Assembly: GCA_024635655.1 (NCBI GenBank)
Contig: JAGXIL010000034.1
Coordinates: 20,882 to 84,881, forward strand
Reading direction: 5' to 3'
Origin: Gillisia sp.
Lineage (GTDB): Bacteria > Bacteroidota > Bacteroidia > Flavobacteriales > Flavobacteriaceae
DNA length: 64,000 nt
Positions within the stretch are counted from its first letter, which is position 1. Each line of letters opens with the position of its first letter. Below are positions 20,202-30,181 of the stretch, piece by piece. Under the pieces are notes generated by a model. It did not search any database. It saw nothing but the letters and a program-made list of their open reading frames with translations, and was not told the origin of the DNA. A program made the position numbers and the translations under genes.

Positions 20202-20651
20202 ATGGCTAAATCGCAGCAAACATTTAATAAAATTGAAAAGGAAAAACAACGCGCCAAAAAACGTGAAGAAAAGAAAAAGAAAAAGGAAGAGCGCAAATCT
20301 AATCCTAAAGGCAGCGATTTTGACATAGCATACGTTGATGAACACGGTAATCTTACTGATACACCACCAGATCCTTCAAAGAAAGTAGAGGTTGAGGCAG
20401 AAGACATTGTCCTTGGAGTTCCTAAAAAGGAAGAAGGAGATGAGGTAGAAGCCAAAAAAGACAAAGAGGGAAAAGTATCCTTTTTTGATCATTCGAAAGG
20501 ATTCGGGTTTATTTTAGATTCAGTGAATCAGGAGAAATATTTCGTACACGTAAGCGGACTTATAGATGAGATCGAAGAGAACGATAAAGTTACCTTTGAA
20601 CTTGAACGCGGCATGAAAGGAATGAATGCTGTAAGAGTTAAGAAGATATAA
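20202..20651 (+). CDS. Cold-shock domain protein with Lys-rich N-terminal extension
   Basis: KGFGFI (RNP1), YFVHVS (RNP2), KGMNAVRV; TATCTTTG -7 box at 20165. Confidence 0.9.
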   Translation: MAKSQQTFNKIEKEKQRAKKREEKKKKKEERKSNPKGSDFDIAYVDEHGNLTDTPPDPSKKVEVEAEDIVLGVPKKEEGDEVEAKKDKEGKVSFFDHSKGFGFILDSVNQEKYFVHVSGLIDEIEENDKVTFELERGMKGMNAVRVKKI

Positions 20652-20675
20652 ATTACTGTCTTAATATATAATATT

Positions 20676-20704
20676 AGAGCAAGCCTTAAGTTTGCTCTTT
20701 TTTT
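20676..20704 (+). terminator. Intrinsic terminator
   Basis: AGAGCAA...TTGCTCT followed by a T run. Confidence 0.7.
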
Positions 20705-20822
20705 ATTCGTAAAATTTAAAGGTTTATAATTTATTTTTGGGAATTAAGGCTAATAATTAAAAAGGCTACCAAGACAGGTTATTGGAGACAAAGATTCAAA
20801 GAGGTACTTACAACACAGATCT

Positions 20823-21320
20823 ATGGTAAAGGAAATAATTTCTGTTGGTTTTGGAGGGGGATGTCATTGGTGTACTGAAGCTGTTTTCCAATTCTTAATA
20901 GGTGTTGAAAATATAGAACAGGGTTTTGTTGCTTCAACAGGGAAAAATCTGGCCTTCTCTGAAGCTGTTATACTAAGTTTTGATCCGTTAATAATATCAC
21001 TAACCAAGTTGATAGAGATTCATCTTTATACCCATCACATTACTTCCAATCACAGGATGAGGTCCAAATACAGATCGGCGGTTTATACTTTTGACGATCA
21101 ACAGGAGGCACTGGCTCAAAATGTTCTCCATGATCTTCAAAAGGACTTTGAGGATAAGATCATAACTACAGTTGTTCCTTTCCGGGCTTTCAAACCTTCA
21201 GCAGAGGAGTTTAAAAATTATTACGCCAAAGATCCTGATAAACCTTTTTGCAAAAGATATATAGCTCCTAAACTTAACTTAATTTTGAGGCAGTTTTCTG
21301 CAGATGTAAAACCTTTATAG
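20823..21320 (+). CDS. msrA: Peptide methionine sulfoxide reductase MsrA (GCHWC variant)
   Basis: GGGCHWCTEAVF, YRSAVY, NYY...PFC..YIAPKL. Confidence 0.8.
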   Translation: MVKEIISVGFGGGCHWCTEAVFQFLIGVENIEQGFVASTGKNLAFSEAVILSFDPLIISLTKLIEIHLYTHHITSNHRMRSKYRSAVYTFDDQQEALAQNVLHDLQKDFEDKIITTVVPFRAFKPSAEEFKNYYAKDPDKPFCKRYIAPKLNLILRQFSADVKPL

Positions 21321-21365
21321 AAGTTTATTCCTATTATTGCATTTTCTTAGAAGAAGCTAATCATA

Positions 21366-22304
21366 ATGAGCAAAACTCAAAATACGGGCCTTGTTGTATT
21401 GGCTTTTTTTTCCATATATGTTATCTGGGGATCAACTTACCTGTTAAACAAAATTGCAGTAACTGAACTGGCTCCATTTATGTTGGCCTCTATTCGATTT
21501 ATAACCGCAGGGTTATTAATTTTTATCCTGTGCAGAATTCTGAAAATTAGCCTGGCAATCACCAGAAAACAGCTCGTGAATACGGTGATCACCGGATTTC
21601 TTTTTCTCACTTTTGGTAACGGGATGGTGGTTTGGGCACTAAGGTTCGTTGACAGCGGATTCGCAGCCTTGCTAATTTCCGCGCAACCACTTGTGGTCCT
21701 TATTCTTATGCGAATTATAGATGGAAAGAAAATTCAACCCATGTCTGTAGTGGGCATTGTACTGGGAATTATTGGTATGTATCTCCTGGTAAGCCAAAAG
21801 CAGGTTATAAATCAGGAAAACTCTATTTTGGGGATGGCAATGGTTTTTCTTGCCTTGTTCTCATGGGCTTATGGCAGTTTATTCGTGGGTAGAGCAAATC
21901 TTCCGGCAAATTATTTTGTCAATACGGGTTACCAAATGATCTCAGGAGGGATCTTATTACTAATCGCGAGTTTAATATTTGGAGAGCCATGGAGTGCCCC
22001 AACAGACTGGAGTTCCCGAACCCAATTAGCTATGGTCCTTTTAATAATTTTTGGAAGTATTGTTGCCTTTACATCTTTTAACTATTTACTGAAAGTGGTA
22101 TCTCCGGAAAAAGTTGCTACATCTACATATGTGAACCCTATTATAGCACTCTTATTGGGCTGGTACTTTTTAAATGAACAAATTACCATGCAATCCATAA
22201 TAGCAGCAGCCGTCCTTTTGACCGGGGTATATTTTATTAATACAAGAAAAAAACTTCTCATTTTTTCCAGGTTCTCAAATAAAGCATCCAATGAGGTGAA
22301 TTAA
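21366..22304 (+). CDS. EamA/DMT family transporter (YedA-like)
   Basis: IYVIWGSTY, 10 TM segments, FGSIVAF, YVNPIIA. Confidence 0.9.
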   Translation: MSKTQNTGLVVLAFFSIYVIWGSTYLLNKIAVTELAPFMLASIRFITAGLLIFILCRILKISLAITRKQLVNTVITGFLFLTFGNGMVVWALRFVDSGFAALLISAQPLVVLILMRIIDGKKIQPMSVVGIVLGIIGMYLLVSQKQVINQENSILGMAMVFLALFSWAYGSLFVGRANLPANYFVNTGYQMISGGILLLIASLIFGEPWSAPTDWSSRTQLAMVLLIIFGSIVAFTSFNYLLKVVSPEKVATSTYVNPIIALLLGWYFLNEQITMQSIIAAAVLLTGVYFINTRKKLLIFSRFSNKASNEVN

Positions 22305-22340
22305 ATGGAAGGATCAAGTGACTCAAGAGCCGAAAAATTT

Positions 22341-23234
22341 TTATTCGGAGATCTTTTGAATTGCATTTACGATCCCTTTCAATGCTGTCTTTCCTTCCTG
22401 TATTACAGGTAATAGCGGCCAGATATGAGGCATTCCCTTGCCGATTGTGGCTTTAACAGGTACTTGTGCATCTGCCATTCTTTGCAGGGTTAGTTTTTGG
22501 TCAGGATAAGTAATGTCATTTTCAGCCAGAAAAAGAAGCGTAGGGGGGATGTTTTCAAAATTACCATGTAAAGGAGAAATACGGGCATCTTTTAAATTAT
22601 TGTTCAAGGCAGCCATCCTTTTGGCGCTCAAAACTCCTGCTTTTGATAGTATAGGATCTTTTTTGTCAATCTCAGCAATCTCAGGATTGGAAAGTTCGGC
22701 ATCCATAACCGGAGAGATCAATATCAGGAGCTTCGGTAAGGCGCGTTTTTGTGAAATCAGTCTTTGTATTAAAGCTATTATTAAAGTAGCTCCAACAGAA
22801 TCGCCCAAAAGTATTATATTTTTACCTGTGTATTTTTCAACTGCCTTATCATAAATGGCATCTATATTCCGGGAAATAATATCGATCTTTTGTTCAGGGG
22901 CTTTGGGATAATTTACCATCCAAAGAGTGCATCCTGTTTTATTAACTATTGTTTTAGCAGCTTCCCAATGATGATGTACCGGTCCATATACGAAAGCTCC
23001 CCCCGGACAAAAGATAACATGATTCGCACAAGATTTCCCGGGCAATATTTCAGTAACTATTGATTCCCGTATTTTAAAACGGTTGATCTGGTTTGGCCTG
23101 AACCTTTGATGGTTGGGATCATGAACATCTTGATTGCGAAGCTTTACATAGTCAATAGGATCTCTTCGGAAATCTGCTTTAGTTCCCTTTAGTTTGATCA
23201 CAAAAAGCGTAAGATAATAAGAAAAACTTTTCAT
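22341..23234 (-). CDS. Alpha/beta hydrolase (HSL-like esterase)
   Basis: PGGAF (HGGG-like), YPKAPE, GDSVG, MPHIWP. Confidence 0.85.
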   Translation of the reverse strand: MKSFSYYLTLFVIKLKGTKADFRRDPIDYVKLRNQDVHDPNHQRFRPNQINRFKIRESIVTEILPGKSCANHVIFCPGGAFVYGPVHHHWEAAKTIVNKTGCTLWMVNYPKAPEQKIDIISRNIDAIYDKAVEKYTGKNIILLGDSVGATLIIALIQRLISQKRALPKLLILISPVMDAELSNPEIAEIDKKDPILSKAGVLSAKRMAALNNNLKDARISPLHGNFENIPPTLLFLAENDITYPDQKLTLQRMADAQVPVKATIGKGMPHIWPLLPVIQEGKTALKGIVNAIQKISE

Positions 23235-23303
23235 CCTATGGGAGTCTTTATTAAGAGAAATATAGAAAAAAGAGTATTATAAGCTTCGAAATGAGCCTTA
23301 GTT

Positions 23304-24587
23304 TTAAGATAAATTCTTTCGGGAAAAGAATTTATACAACACATACAGGATCAACCCAGCGATCACGGTAACAAAAACATCAACAAATTCAGATAATTCT
23401 GAACTTAACAACAAACCTATAGAAGCAAGAATTCCAGTTATAGCGAAAACGTAACCGTAGCGGAGTTTAAAGTAATTGACCCCTTTTTCTTCCTTTTGGC
23501 GCAGCTTGATCATAGCAGCGCATACCAGCAAAAAAATCAGGATCTTACTAATTACACTTATAGAAACTGCGTAAATAAAGGATCCGGTAAGAGAAGCTAC
23601 TATGGTTACGGCAGTGAATATGAACAAGGCATAAACCGGGGTGTGATTCCTTGGGTGCAGGTAGGAAAAAAATTTCGGAAATTGATCTTCCTCACTTAAC
23701 GCATAGGGAACACGGGAACCAATGAGCATCACCGCATTCAATGTTCCTCCTATAGAGATCACTGCTCCAAATGCTATTAAAGCAGCACCCCAGGAACCCA
23801 TAAATAATTGAGCAGCATCTGTAATGGGTTTTTCAGAAGTGCTCAACCCGGGGAGGGTACCAATGCTAACAAATTGGATAAAACTGTAAAAAATCGCCAC
23901 GAAAGAAAGAGATATTATTAACGCGAAAGGAATATTCTTCCGTGGCTCTTTAACCTCTCCGGTGTTGACCAGGACCGCTTCAAATCCCGTAAAAGCGAAA
24001 ATAAGGATCAACACTGAAGATGAAAAATTTGAGAAGGAGGGAGGTGCCTCATTTAATGAAATCAAATTGGGATCAATAAAAAATAATCCCACTAAAATAA
24101 AAACCAATAGGGGAAGTATTTTTGCAATGGCCAGAGTATTACTAAGTATAGTGGAATTTCTCACCCCAAGGTAATTAACCCACGTAAAAAAGAAGGTAAT
24201 CCCCAGGATAAGGCCAAATTTATAAGCAGGCTCCATCAAAATCGGATTAAAATATGCCAAATAAGTGACCATTAAATTGATCAAGGCGGCATAAGTAGAG
24301 ACTCGTGTGATAAGAATAAGCCATCCAATAATAAAAGCAGGAATCCTCCCAAATGCTTTGAGGATATAAAGATAAGGGCCACCTGTCTTTTTAAACCTGC
24401 TGGCTACTTCGGCAAAATTAAGAACGAGAATAAAAACAATTAGTGCGCATAAAAAAAGCGCCGGTAAGCTATATATTCCGGATAATCCGAAAATTTTTGA
24501 AGGTAAACCAAATATTCCTGCACCAATAGTGCTGTTGATCAACAGCAAGACCAGGTCCCACCTGGATATTTCTCTTTTAAGCTTCAA
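23304..24587 (-). CDS. APC-family amino acid permease
   Basis: IGAGIFGLP, TGGPYLY, FAFTGFE, about 12 TM segments. Confidence 0.9.
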   Translation of the reverse strand: MKLKREISRWDLVLLLINSTIGAGIFGLPSKIFGLSGIYSLPALFLCALIVFILVLNFAEVASRFKKTGGPYLYILKAFGRIPAFIIGWLILITRVSTYAALINLMVTYLAYFNPILMEPAYKFGLILGITFFFTWVNYLGVRNSTILSNTLAIAKILPLLVFILVGLFFIDPNLISLNEAPPSFSNFSSSVLILIFAFTGFEAVLVNTGEVKEPRKNIPFALIISLSFVAIFYSFIQFVSIGTLPGLSTSEKPITDAAQLFMGSWGAALIAFGAVISIGGTLNAVMLIGSRVPYALSEEDQFPKFFSYLHPRNHTPVYALFIFTAVTIVASLTGSFIYAVSISVISKILIFLLVCAAMIKLRQKEEKGVNYFKLRYGYVFAITGILASIGLLLSSELSEFVDVFVTVIAGLILYVLYKFFSRKNLS

Positions 24588-24653
24588 AGATCAATTTGTT
24601 CATAGGGGTTATTGGAATTTCAAAAGATAGAAATACATTTAAAGATGGCTTTG

Positions 24654-25394
24654 CTAATGCTGTAAATTTTTATATTTATTCCAATTCTCAATTAGAAATA
24701 AATGTACAACGCCATCATTTTTGCTGTTTAATACCATTTGAAGTTTTTCTTCTTCCACACAAAAGCTTAATAATTTTGCTATTTCTTCGTCATTCAATCC
24801 CATGTTCTCTCTCATGTAATCCTGGTACCCCAATCTTAAAAGGGCAATATTTTCTTCTTTTTGTTCGATCAATAAATTCTTTTTTAGCTTTTTGGTTCTG
24901 CCGTTGATTGCATTTAGGATAGGATCTATCTGAAGGCCGCCACCCAAAATAGAAAGCAAGTGGATAAATTTAAAATCCCCGGCTTGTTTCAGCCTTCTTT
25001 CATTAACTGATAGTTTTTCAATCTTTCGTGGAATAATTCCTTCACTTACAGCATTTATTTCTGAATTTTGGTTGATGGTTATTTCTTTCAGTTCATTAGA
25101 GAAGTTTACCATGTTGATGATCAATATATCCTGAGCTACATCAGCTTCTGAAAGAAATTTTACTACGTCCCTCATACTTACGTGGGAAATAAGCAAAGTG
25201 TCTTTTTTGCCGGAAATTAGCGAAAACTCGCCCTTCACATTTGTCAAAGCGTAGTTTCCCGTGGTTACATTTTTTATATGTACATTTTCTAAAGGGGTAT
25301 CATTACTAAAAACAATTCCATTAATAGACGTTCTATCCTGAGCCTGTAAACTAAAGAAGATTAAAGATAAGCCCGTAAATAAATAAAATTTCAT
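24654..25394 (-). CDS. Exported hypothetical protein with carboxypeptidase-regulatory-like N-terminal domain
   Basis: Signal peptide, INGIV...TNVKGEFSL...DTLLISHV, LNAINGRTKKLKK. Confidence 0.75.
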   Translation of the reverse strand: MKFYLFTGLSLIFFSLQAQDRTSINGIVFSNDTPLENVHIKNVTTGNYALTNVKGEFSLISGKKDTLLISHVSMRDVVKFLSEADVAQDILIINMVNFSNELKEITINQNSEINAVSEGIIPRKIEKLSVNERRLKQAGDFKFIHLLSILGGGLQIDPILNAINGRTKKLKKNLLIEQKEENIALLRLGYQDYMRENMGLNDEEIAKLLSFCVEEEKLQMVLNSKNDGVVHLFLIENWNKYKNLQH

Positions 25395-25465
25395 GAAGTA
25401 GTTTCGCTAATGTAGGCAAGATATTAATTTAAACTTATAATCCACCAGCCTATGAATGTTCATTG

Positions 25466-25496
25466 TGGTCTTATAATGTTCTGCGTTATTTAACTT
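25466..25496. other. Degenerate dif-like site (11-9-11)
   Basis: TGGTCTTATAA-TGTTCTGCG-TTATTTAACTT; arms are 9/11 and 8/11 identical to the arms at 30182, same orientation, but the spacer is 9 bp. Confidence 0.3.
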
Positions 25497-25729
25497 TGCT
25501 TTGGGAAAAACGAAGTTTAATACTACACTTTTACTTATTGTTATCTTCTCAAATGTTTCTTTAAAAATGTAATAGGATAACCTTTGCCCGAAGCGGTACT
25601 GGGCTAGTCGAAGGAGAGGAGTGAAGTGGGAATGTGTATGGAATGGAAATGAAGGTTTAATTTATAATAATCAAATATAGAGTTAAGTATAAAAAAAATG
25701 TAATTAAATATACCCTGCGTTTTATAAAT

Positions 25730-25768
25730 GCAAAGTCCCCTAAAAACTAAGGTATTAGGAGACTTTGC
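25730..25768 (-). terminator. Terminator hairpin after amidohydrolase
   Basis: GCAAAGTC.CCTAA...TTAGG.GACTTTGC inverted repeat. Confidence 0.6.
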
Positions 25769-25780
25769 TAAAAATAGATA

Positions 25781-27151
25781 CTAATTATTAAGCCTTTCAA
25801 TAATCATTGAAGAAAAATAATTCACACCTGTTCTAATAGCTTCTTCATCAATAGCAAAATTCCGTGTATGAGGCATAGCCACAATCTCCTTTTCATAATT
25901 TGAACCTCCCAGAAAGAAGTACACACCTGGGACAGAATTCTGAAAATATGCAAAATCATCACTAATTTGTAAAGGGGGAACTCCATAAAGTGGAATTACA
26001 CTTTGCTTGCCGTATATGCCAGATATACTTTCTATAGATTCATTGGTCAAGTCTTTATCATTTAATGGTGTAAAAAAAACAGGATGTCCTTTCTGAAAAT
26101 TAAATTTGACAGACAGTAATTCTTTCGAATATCTGGATGTTTCAATTTTATTTTTAATTAATGCCAAATACTTATCTAATTCTTCTTCATTACTAGCATT
26201 AAGTAATACTCGTATTTTCAAGGTATCGTTGGATTTTTTAATAATAAAATCACTCATCAAGGCAATATAATCTTTATAGATTGTATTGGGATTGGTTACT
26301 CCTAACTCAGGGCTAAAAAGATTTTCATTGTCCCAAAATTTAGCGTTTGGTCCATATGTTTGAGCAGTCTTCATTATTTTCTTCGTATAATCAACTAAAG
26401 AGTCTTGGTCATTAGAAGCTTTATAGTTTATTTCCATAAATGTAAGATGAGCATATACATTTGCTGATTTAGTGGCTATTGTACCAACAGGATATGGAGA
26501 AACATGGAGCCCATAGATTTCATCAGGTTTAATGAGATTAAATAATCCATCTTCAATCATCATTTTTGCACCTTTTGCACTTTCTTCTGCAGGTTGAAAA
26601 ATAAAATATATAGTTCCTTCTAAATTTTCCTTTAGGCTGGCCAGAACGTTGGCTATTCCCAATCCTACTGTCCCATGTACATCGTGTCCACAAATATGTC
26701 GTACCCCTTCATTTTTTGATTCAAAATCTACAACATCTGGTGCATCTGATGGCATTGCATCAATATCGGCTCTCCATGCGATATCTGGTGCATCTGATGG
26801 CATTGCATCAATATCGGCTCTCCATGCGATTCGTTTCCCGGGTCGGCCCGTATGTAAGATGCCAACGACACCATAGCCTCCCACACCCGTTTTAACTTCG
26901 AGTCCTAAGGATAATAAATAAGCTGCAATCTCTTTTGAGGTTCTTTTTTCTTTCCATGAAACTTCAGGATGCATATGGAAGTCTCTACGAATTTTTACAA
27001 GACTATCAAAAATAGCATCTGTATGCGTTTGAACGGATTGATGAATTGACGATGGAGTTGGAGTTGTTGCATTTTGACCAAATGTAAACAGCCCACAAAG
27101 CAGAAATTGTAAAATTAACGAGGTTCGGATTATTCGTGTAGTAGAAGTCAT
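25781..27151 (-). CDS. Exported M20D-family amidohydrolase with internal 16-aa duplication
   Basis: RRDFHMHPE, RADIDA twice, HICGHD, FQPAEE, GLH, DDFAYF. ATG 27151 (MTSTTRII...) gives a signal peptide. Confidence 0.88.
   Translation of the reverse strand: MTSTTRIIRTSLILQFLLCGLFTFGQNATTPTPSSIHQSVQTHTDAIFDSLVKIRRDFHMHPEVSWKEKRTSKEIAAYLLSLGLEVKTGVGGYGVVGILHTGRPGKRIAWRADIDAMPSDAPDIAWRADIDAMPSDAPDVVDFESKNEGVRHICGHDVHGTVGLGIANVLASLKENLEGTIYFIFQPAEESAKGAKMMIEDGLFNLIKPDEIYGLHVSPYPVGTIATKSANVYAHLTFMEINYKASNDQDSLVDYTKKIMKTAQTYGPNAKFWDNENLFSPELGVTNPNTIYKDYIALMSDFIIKKSNDTLKIRVLLNASNEEELDKYLALIKNKIETSRYSKELLSVKFNFQKGHPVFFTPLNDKDLTNESIESISGIYGKQSVIPLYGVPPLQISDDFAYFQNSVPGVYFFLGGSNYEKEIVAMPHTRNFAIDEEAIRTGVNYFSSMIIERLNN
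26735..26830. repeat. Perfect 48-bp tandem duplication (2 copies, in frame)
   Basis: ATCTGGTGCATCTGATGGCATTGCATCAATATCGGCTCTCCATGCGAT at 26735-26782 and 26783-26830. Confidence 0.97.
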
Positions 27152-27433
27152 TTTTGTATTGTTTAAATTAATATTGGTGCAATATCCGTTTACGCATTCG
27201 GTCTTTACAGGCATTTTTGCCGGAGTATCGTAAAGCGTGGTTGAACTGTGATCAAACGCCCTGTTTATATTTAGATTTTTTGAAAAGTTTGACTGAAGGG
27301 TTGAAAGGGATTTGCTTTTTAGGAATGGATTTTTAGCTACTATTTGTGCGTGATTGATTTTGCAGTAGACATTCTGCTACATGAAGCACCTTAAGAGATG
27401 GGAAGAAAGTAAGGTGCCGGCATATTTAAATAT

Positions 27434-27465
27434 AGAACCCAGACCATAAATCTAGACTGGGTTCT
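27434..27465. terminator. Hairpin downstream of the LytTR gene
   Basis: AGAACCCAG-N14-CTGGGTTCT. Confidence 0.5.
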
Positions 27466-27523
27466 CGGATAAGCAAATTTCTTTTGATAAGAAAAAATGA
27501 AATTATTCCTTCTTCTTGCCTTG

Positions 27524-28276
27524 TTATGTATTCATCCATTTTTTAAAGTCACTTGTCTTTGGTCTACTGACGATAAATTCCTGGCCCCGTGGATTTGAAA
27601 TAGAAAGTTTAACCCGATGATTAAAATATAAGTCAATTTTTTGAATAGAAGTTTTTGCTACAATTTGACCGCGATTGATCTTAAAGAATTTGGTCTGATC
27701 CAATGAATTAAATAATTCATCCATTGTCTCTTCAACAATAAAACGCTTATTTGAAGTTACACCAAAAGTGATGCTGTCCTCGGAATAGCAATACATTAAA
27801 TCTGAAATTTTAATTTGCACAAAACCATTTCCTTCTTTGACCAACAAGCCTTGTCTATTATTGGGTGTTTGCATACTACCAAGCAGTTGTTTTAATATGG
27901 AAGGGTCAATACCAGCGGGTTTATTGGATTTCAAGAATTTATCTAAAGCAGTATTTAGATTATCTTTTTGAATAGGTTTTAACAGGTAATCTACACTATT
28001 TACTTTAAATGCCTGGATAGCATATTGATCAAAAGCCGTTATAAAAATAATTGGAGCTTTTACATCGATGTTTTGAAAAATTTCAAAACTCAAACCATCG
28101 GCCAATTGAATGTCCATAAAGACCAGGTCGGGCGTTATGTTTTTTTGGAACCATAGCACGGCATCCTCCACCGTATCTATTATATCCAATAATTCATAAT
28201 AGAAATTACATTCCTTTAGCATCCGTTGTAATTGGCTTTGCGCCCGTACTTCGTCCTCAATGATTAAAATTTCCAT
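27524..28276 (-). CDS. LytTR-family response regulator
   Basis: IIEDE, FMDIQLADG, ITAFDQYA, YLLKP receiver domain; FFKINRGQIV LytTR domain. Confidence 0.93.
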   Translation of the reverse strand: MEILIIEDEVRAQSQLQRMLKECNFYYELLDIIDTVEDAVLWFQKNITPDLVFMDIQLADGLSFEIFQNIDVKAPIIFITAFDQYAIQAFKVNSVDYLLKPIQKDNLNTALDKFLKSNKPAGIDPSILKQLLGSMQTPNNRQGLLVKEGNGFVQIKISDLMYCYSEDSITFGVTSNKRFIVEETMDELFNSLDQTKFFKINRGQIVAKTSIQKIDLYFNHRVKLSISNPRGQEFIVSRPKTSDFKKWMNT

Positions 28277-29342
28277 AACTGCTCTTTTGTTCCGATGTTT
28301 TTAATAATGGAAGGGAAACGGAAAAATGGTTTCCACTATTTACTATTTCAACTGGTTTTCCGGTAATCAATGCATACCGCTTTTCAATATTTTTAAGTCC
28401 AACTTTCGTTGATGGCAGTTGCGTTGATTTTACTTGAATTATATTATCCACAATTACGTAATCATCCTTGATATTTATATTTACTTCAAGTGGTTTAGCT
28501 CTGGAAATCACATTATGCTTAATCGCATTTTCTAATAAAAGTTGCAAACTCATTGGCACGATCATAGCATCAAGCGACGCTTTAGGGATATTCAAATTCA
28601 ATTTTAAATTATCTCCAAACCGTTCAGATTGAATGTGGATATATGCTTTGGAAAATTTTAATTCATCACAAAGCGAAATTAAATTGGCGTTGCCAGCTTC
28701 AAGAAGAAAGCGATACATTTCTGATAGCTTGTCTACAAAATCCTTTGCATCTTCCTTGGAATTTTGATCGATGATATCACGTAACGTATTAAGTGTATTA
28801 AAGAAAAAGTGGGGTTGGGCCTGATTTCTAAGTGCATCCAATTGAGCCTGAATGATGGATTGTTTTGCCTGTTCTTCTTCTTGAATCGATTTTTTGAGTC
28901 GCACATAAAAATATATGGCCTCGTATATGGCCATTGTCATAATACTAATAAAAATTACGGTTAATAAGGCTTTGGCCCGGTCTTGAAAATTATAGTTGAG
29001 ATTGAGTGAAAAAAGAGCTAAAAATTTTGATCCAATAAAATCGACTACAACCACCGTTGTAACAATAGCAAGCAATAAAAATATAATACGCTGAACACTA
29101 TCTTTTAGGTGCGGATATTTTTGACGCAAAAAAATCATGACCGCCCTGTTAATAACCCAATATGTTATCGAAAAGAACAAGACCACAACGATAGTTAAAA
29201 TTGCTTCAACAATCGTAAGGCTAAAATTTGACCCATTGAAAAGGTACATTGAAGCAGTACCTATAATCAGAATGCCCAGAATTGAAAACCAAAAATCATC
29301 AAAACCCAAATATTTAATACGTTTCTTTCGATTAATTAGCAT
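28257..29342 (-). CDS. LytS-type membrane sensor histidine kinase
   Basis: 4 TM segments, LRNQAQPHFFFNTLN, LQLLLENAIKHN, GLKNIEKRY; overlaps the response regulator by 20 bp. Confidence 0.92.
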   Translation of the reverse strand: MLINRKKRIKYLGFDDFWFSILGILIIGTASMYLFNGSNFSLTIVEAILTIVVVLFFSITYWVINRAVMIFLRQKYPHLKDSVQRIIFLLLAIVTTVVVVDFIGSKFLALFSLNLNYNFQDRAKALLTVIFISIMTMAIYEAIYFYVRLKKSIQEEEQAKQSIIQAQLDALRNQAQPHFFFNTLNTLRDIIDQNSKEDAKDFVDKLSEMYRFLLEAGNANLISLCDELKFSKAYIHIQSERFGDNLKLNLNIPKASLDAMIVPMSLQLLLENAIKHNVISRAKPLEVNINIKDDYVIVDNIIQVKSTQLPSTKVGLKNIEKRYALITGKPVEIVNSGNHFSVSLPLLKTSEQKSSYGNFNH

Positions 29343-30181
29343 ATGGATGGGATTATAGATTAACTAGACTTATTCCTAAGTTCTTGTTGGTAGCACTCAA
29401 ATTTAAGAATAATAAAAGATTAGTATCGGGTCAAATATTTAACCTTTGACTAGTTTATAAAATGATATTAAATTCAATCGTCGTTAAGTGGGGTTGAATT
29501 GTCATATTTGTGTCTTAATTTTTTATTCTATATTCTATAAAATACCATTTTAATTGATGCGAGCGATGGGAGGGAAGGATTTGGTTTTTTTATTTGGATA
29601 GAGTCAATTATAAAAATATATAGATTTAGATACCTCGCAACGCAGTAATAAAATTCAAGGTAAGATTTAGGAGAATTAAAGGATAACTTATTTATCGCCT
29701 TAGTTTTAATGATAGATAAAAAGCTAAAGTTGTTTATTTAATTCCATCAAAACAATAATCACAGTCTGATACTAATATATCTATAGAAAACAAAGTAAGT
29801 TTAAATCCTGGTTTATCTAATTTGAAGATTAAATTATCGAGCATTAGAATTCCAGAAAATTCAAAAAAGGATGAAATAGAATTCAATTAGAGCAAGTGTA
29901 TAGAAATTATCTCACAGAGTAATTTTATACTCTTGCGTAAACCTATACGAAAAGATTAAAGAAAAAAAGTTTGCAGGATTTTTCTTTTAATAAGCGATTT
30001 CTAAATTATCTAAACGCTTAGCCTTTTTTAGCCTTGGCAAAGTGGCTGGGATTGTGTTTAAAAATGAATGGATCTGCAATTGTATTTTTAATAAATAATA
30101 AGCGCATTTGGCGGTGGCAATTTTAAATTATAGCATAGGAAGTAAAACGTGCACATCGGTCAAATTCTACACATCTTACAT

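Noticed and set aside
26735-26830. Possible CRISPR repeat
   Set aside because: Two abutting copies with no spacer, inside a CDS, and no cas genes.
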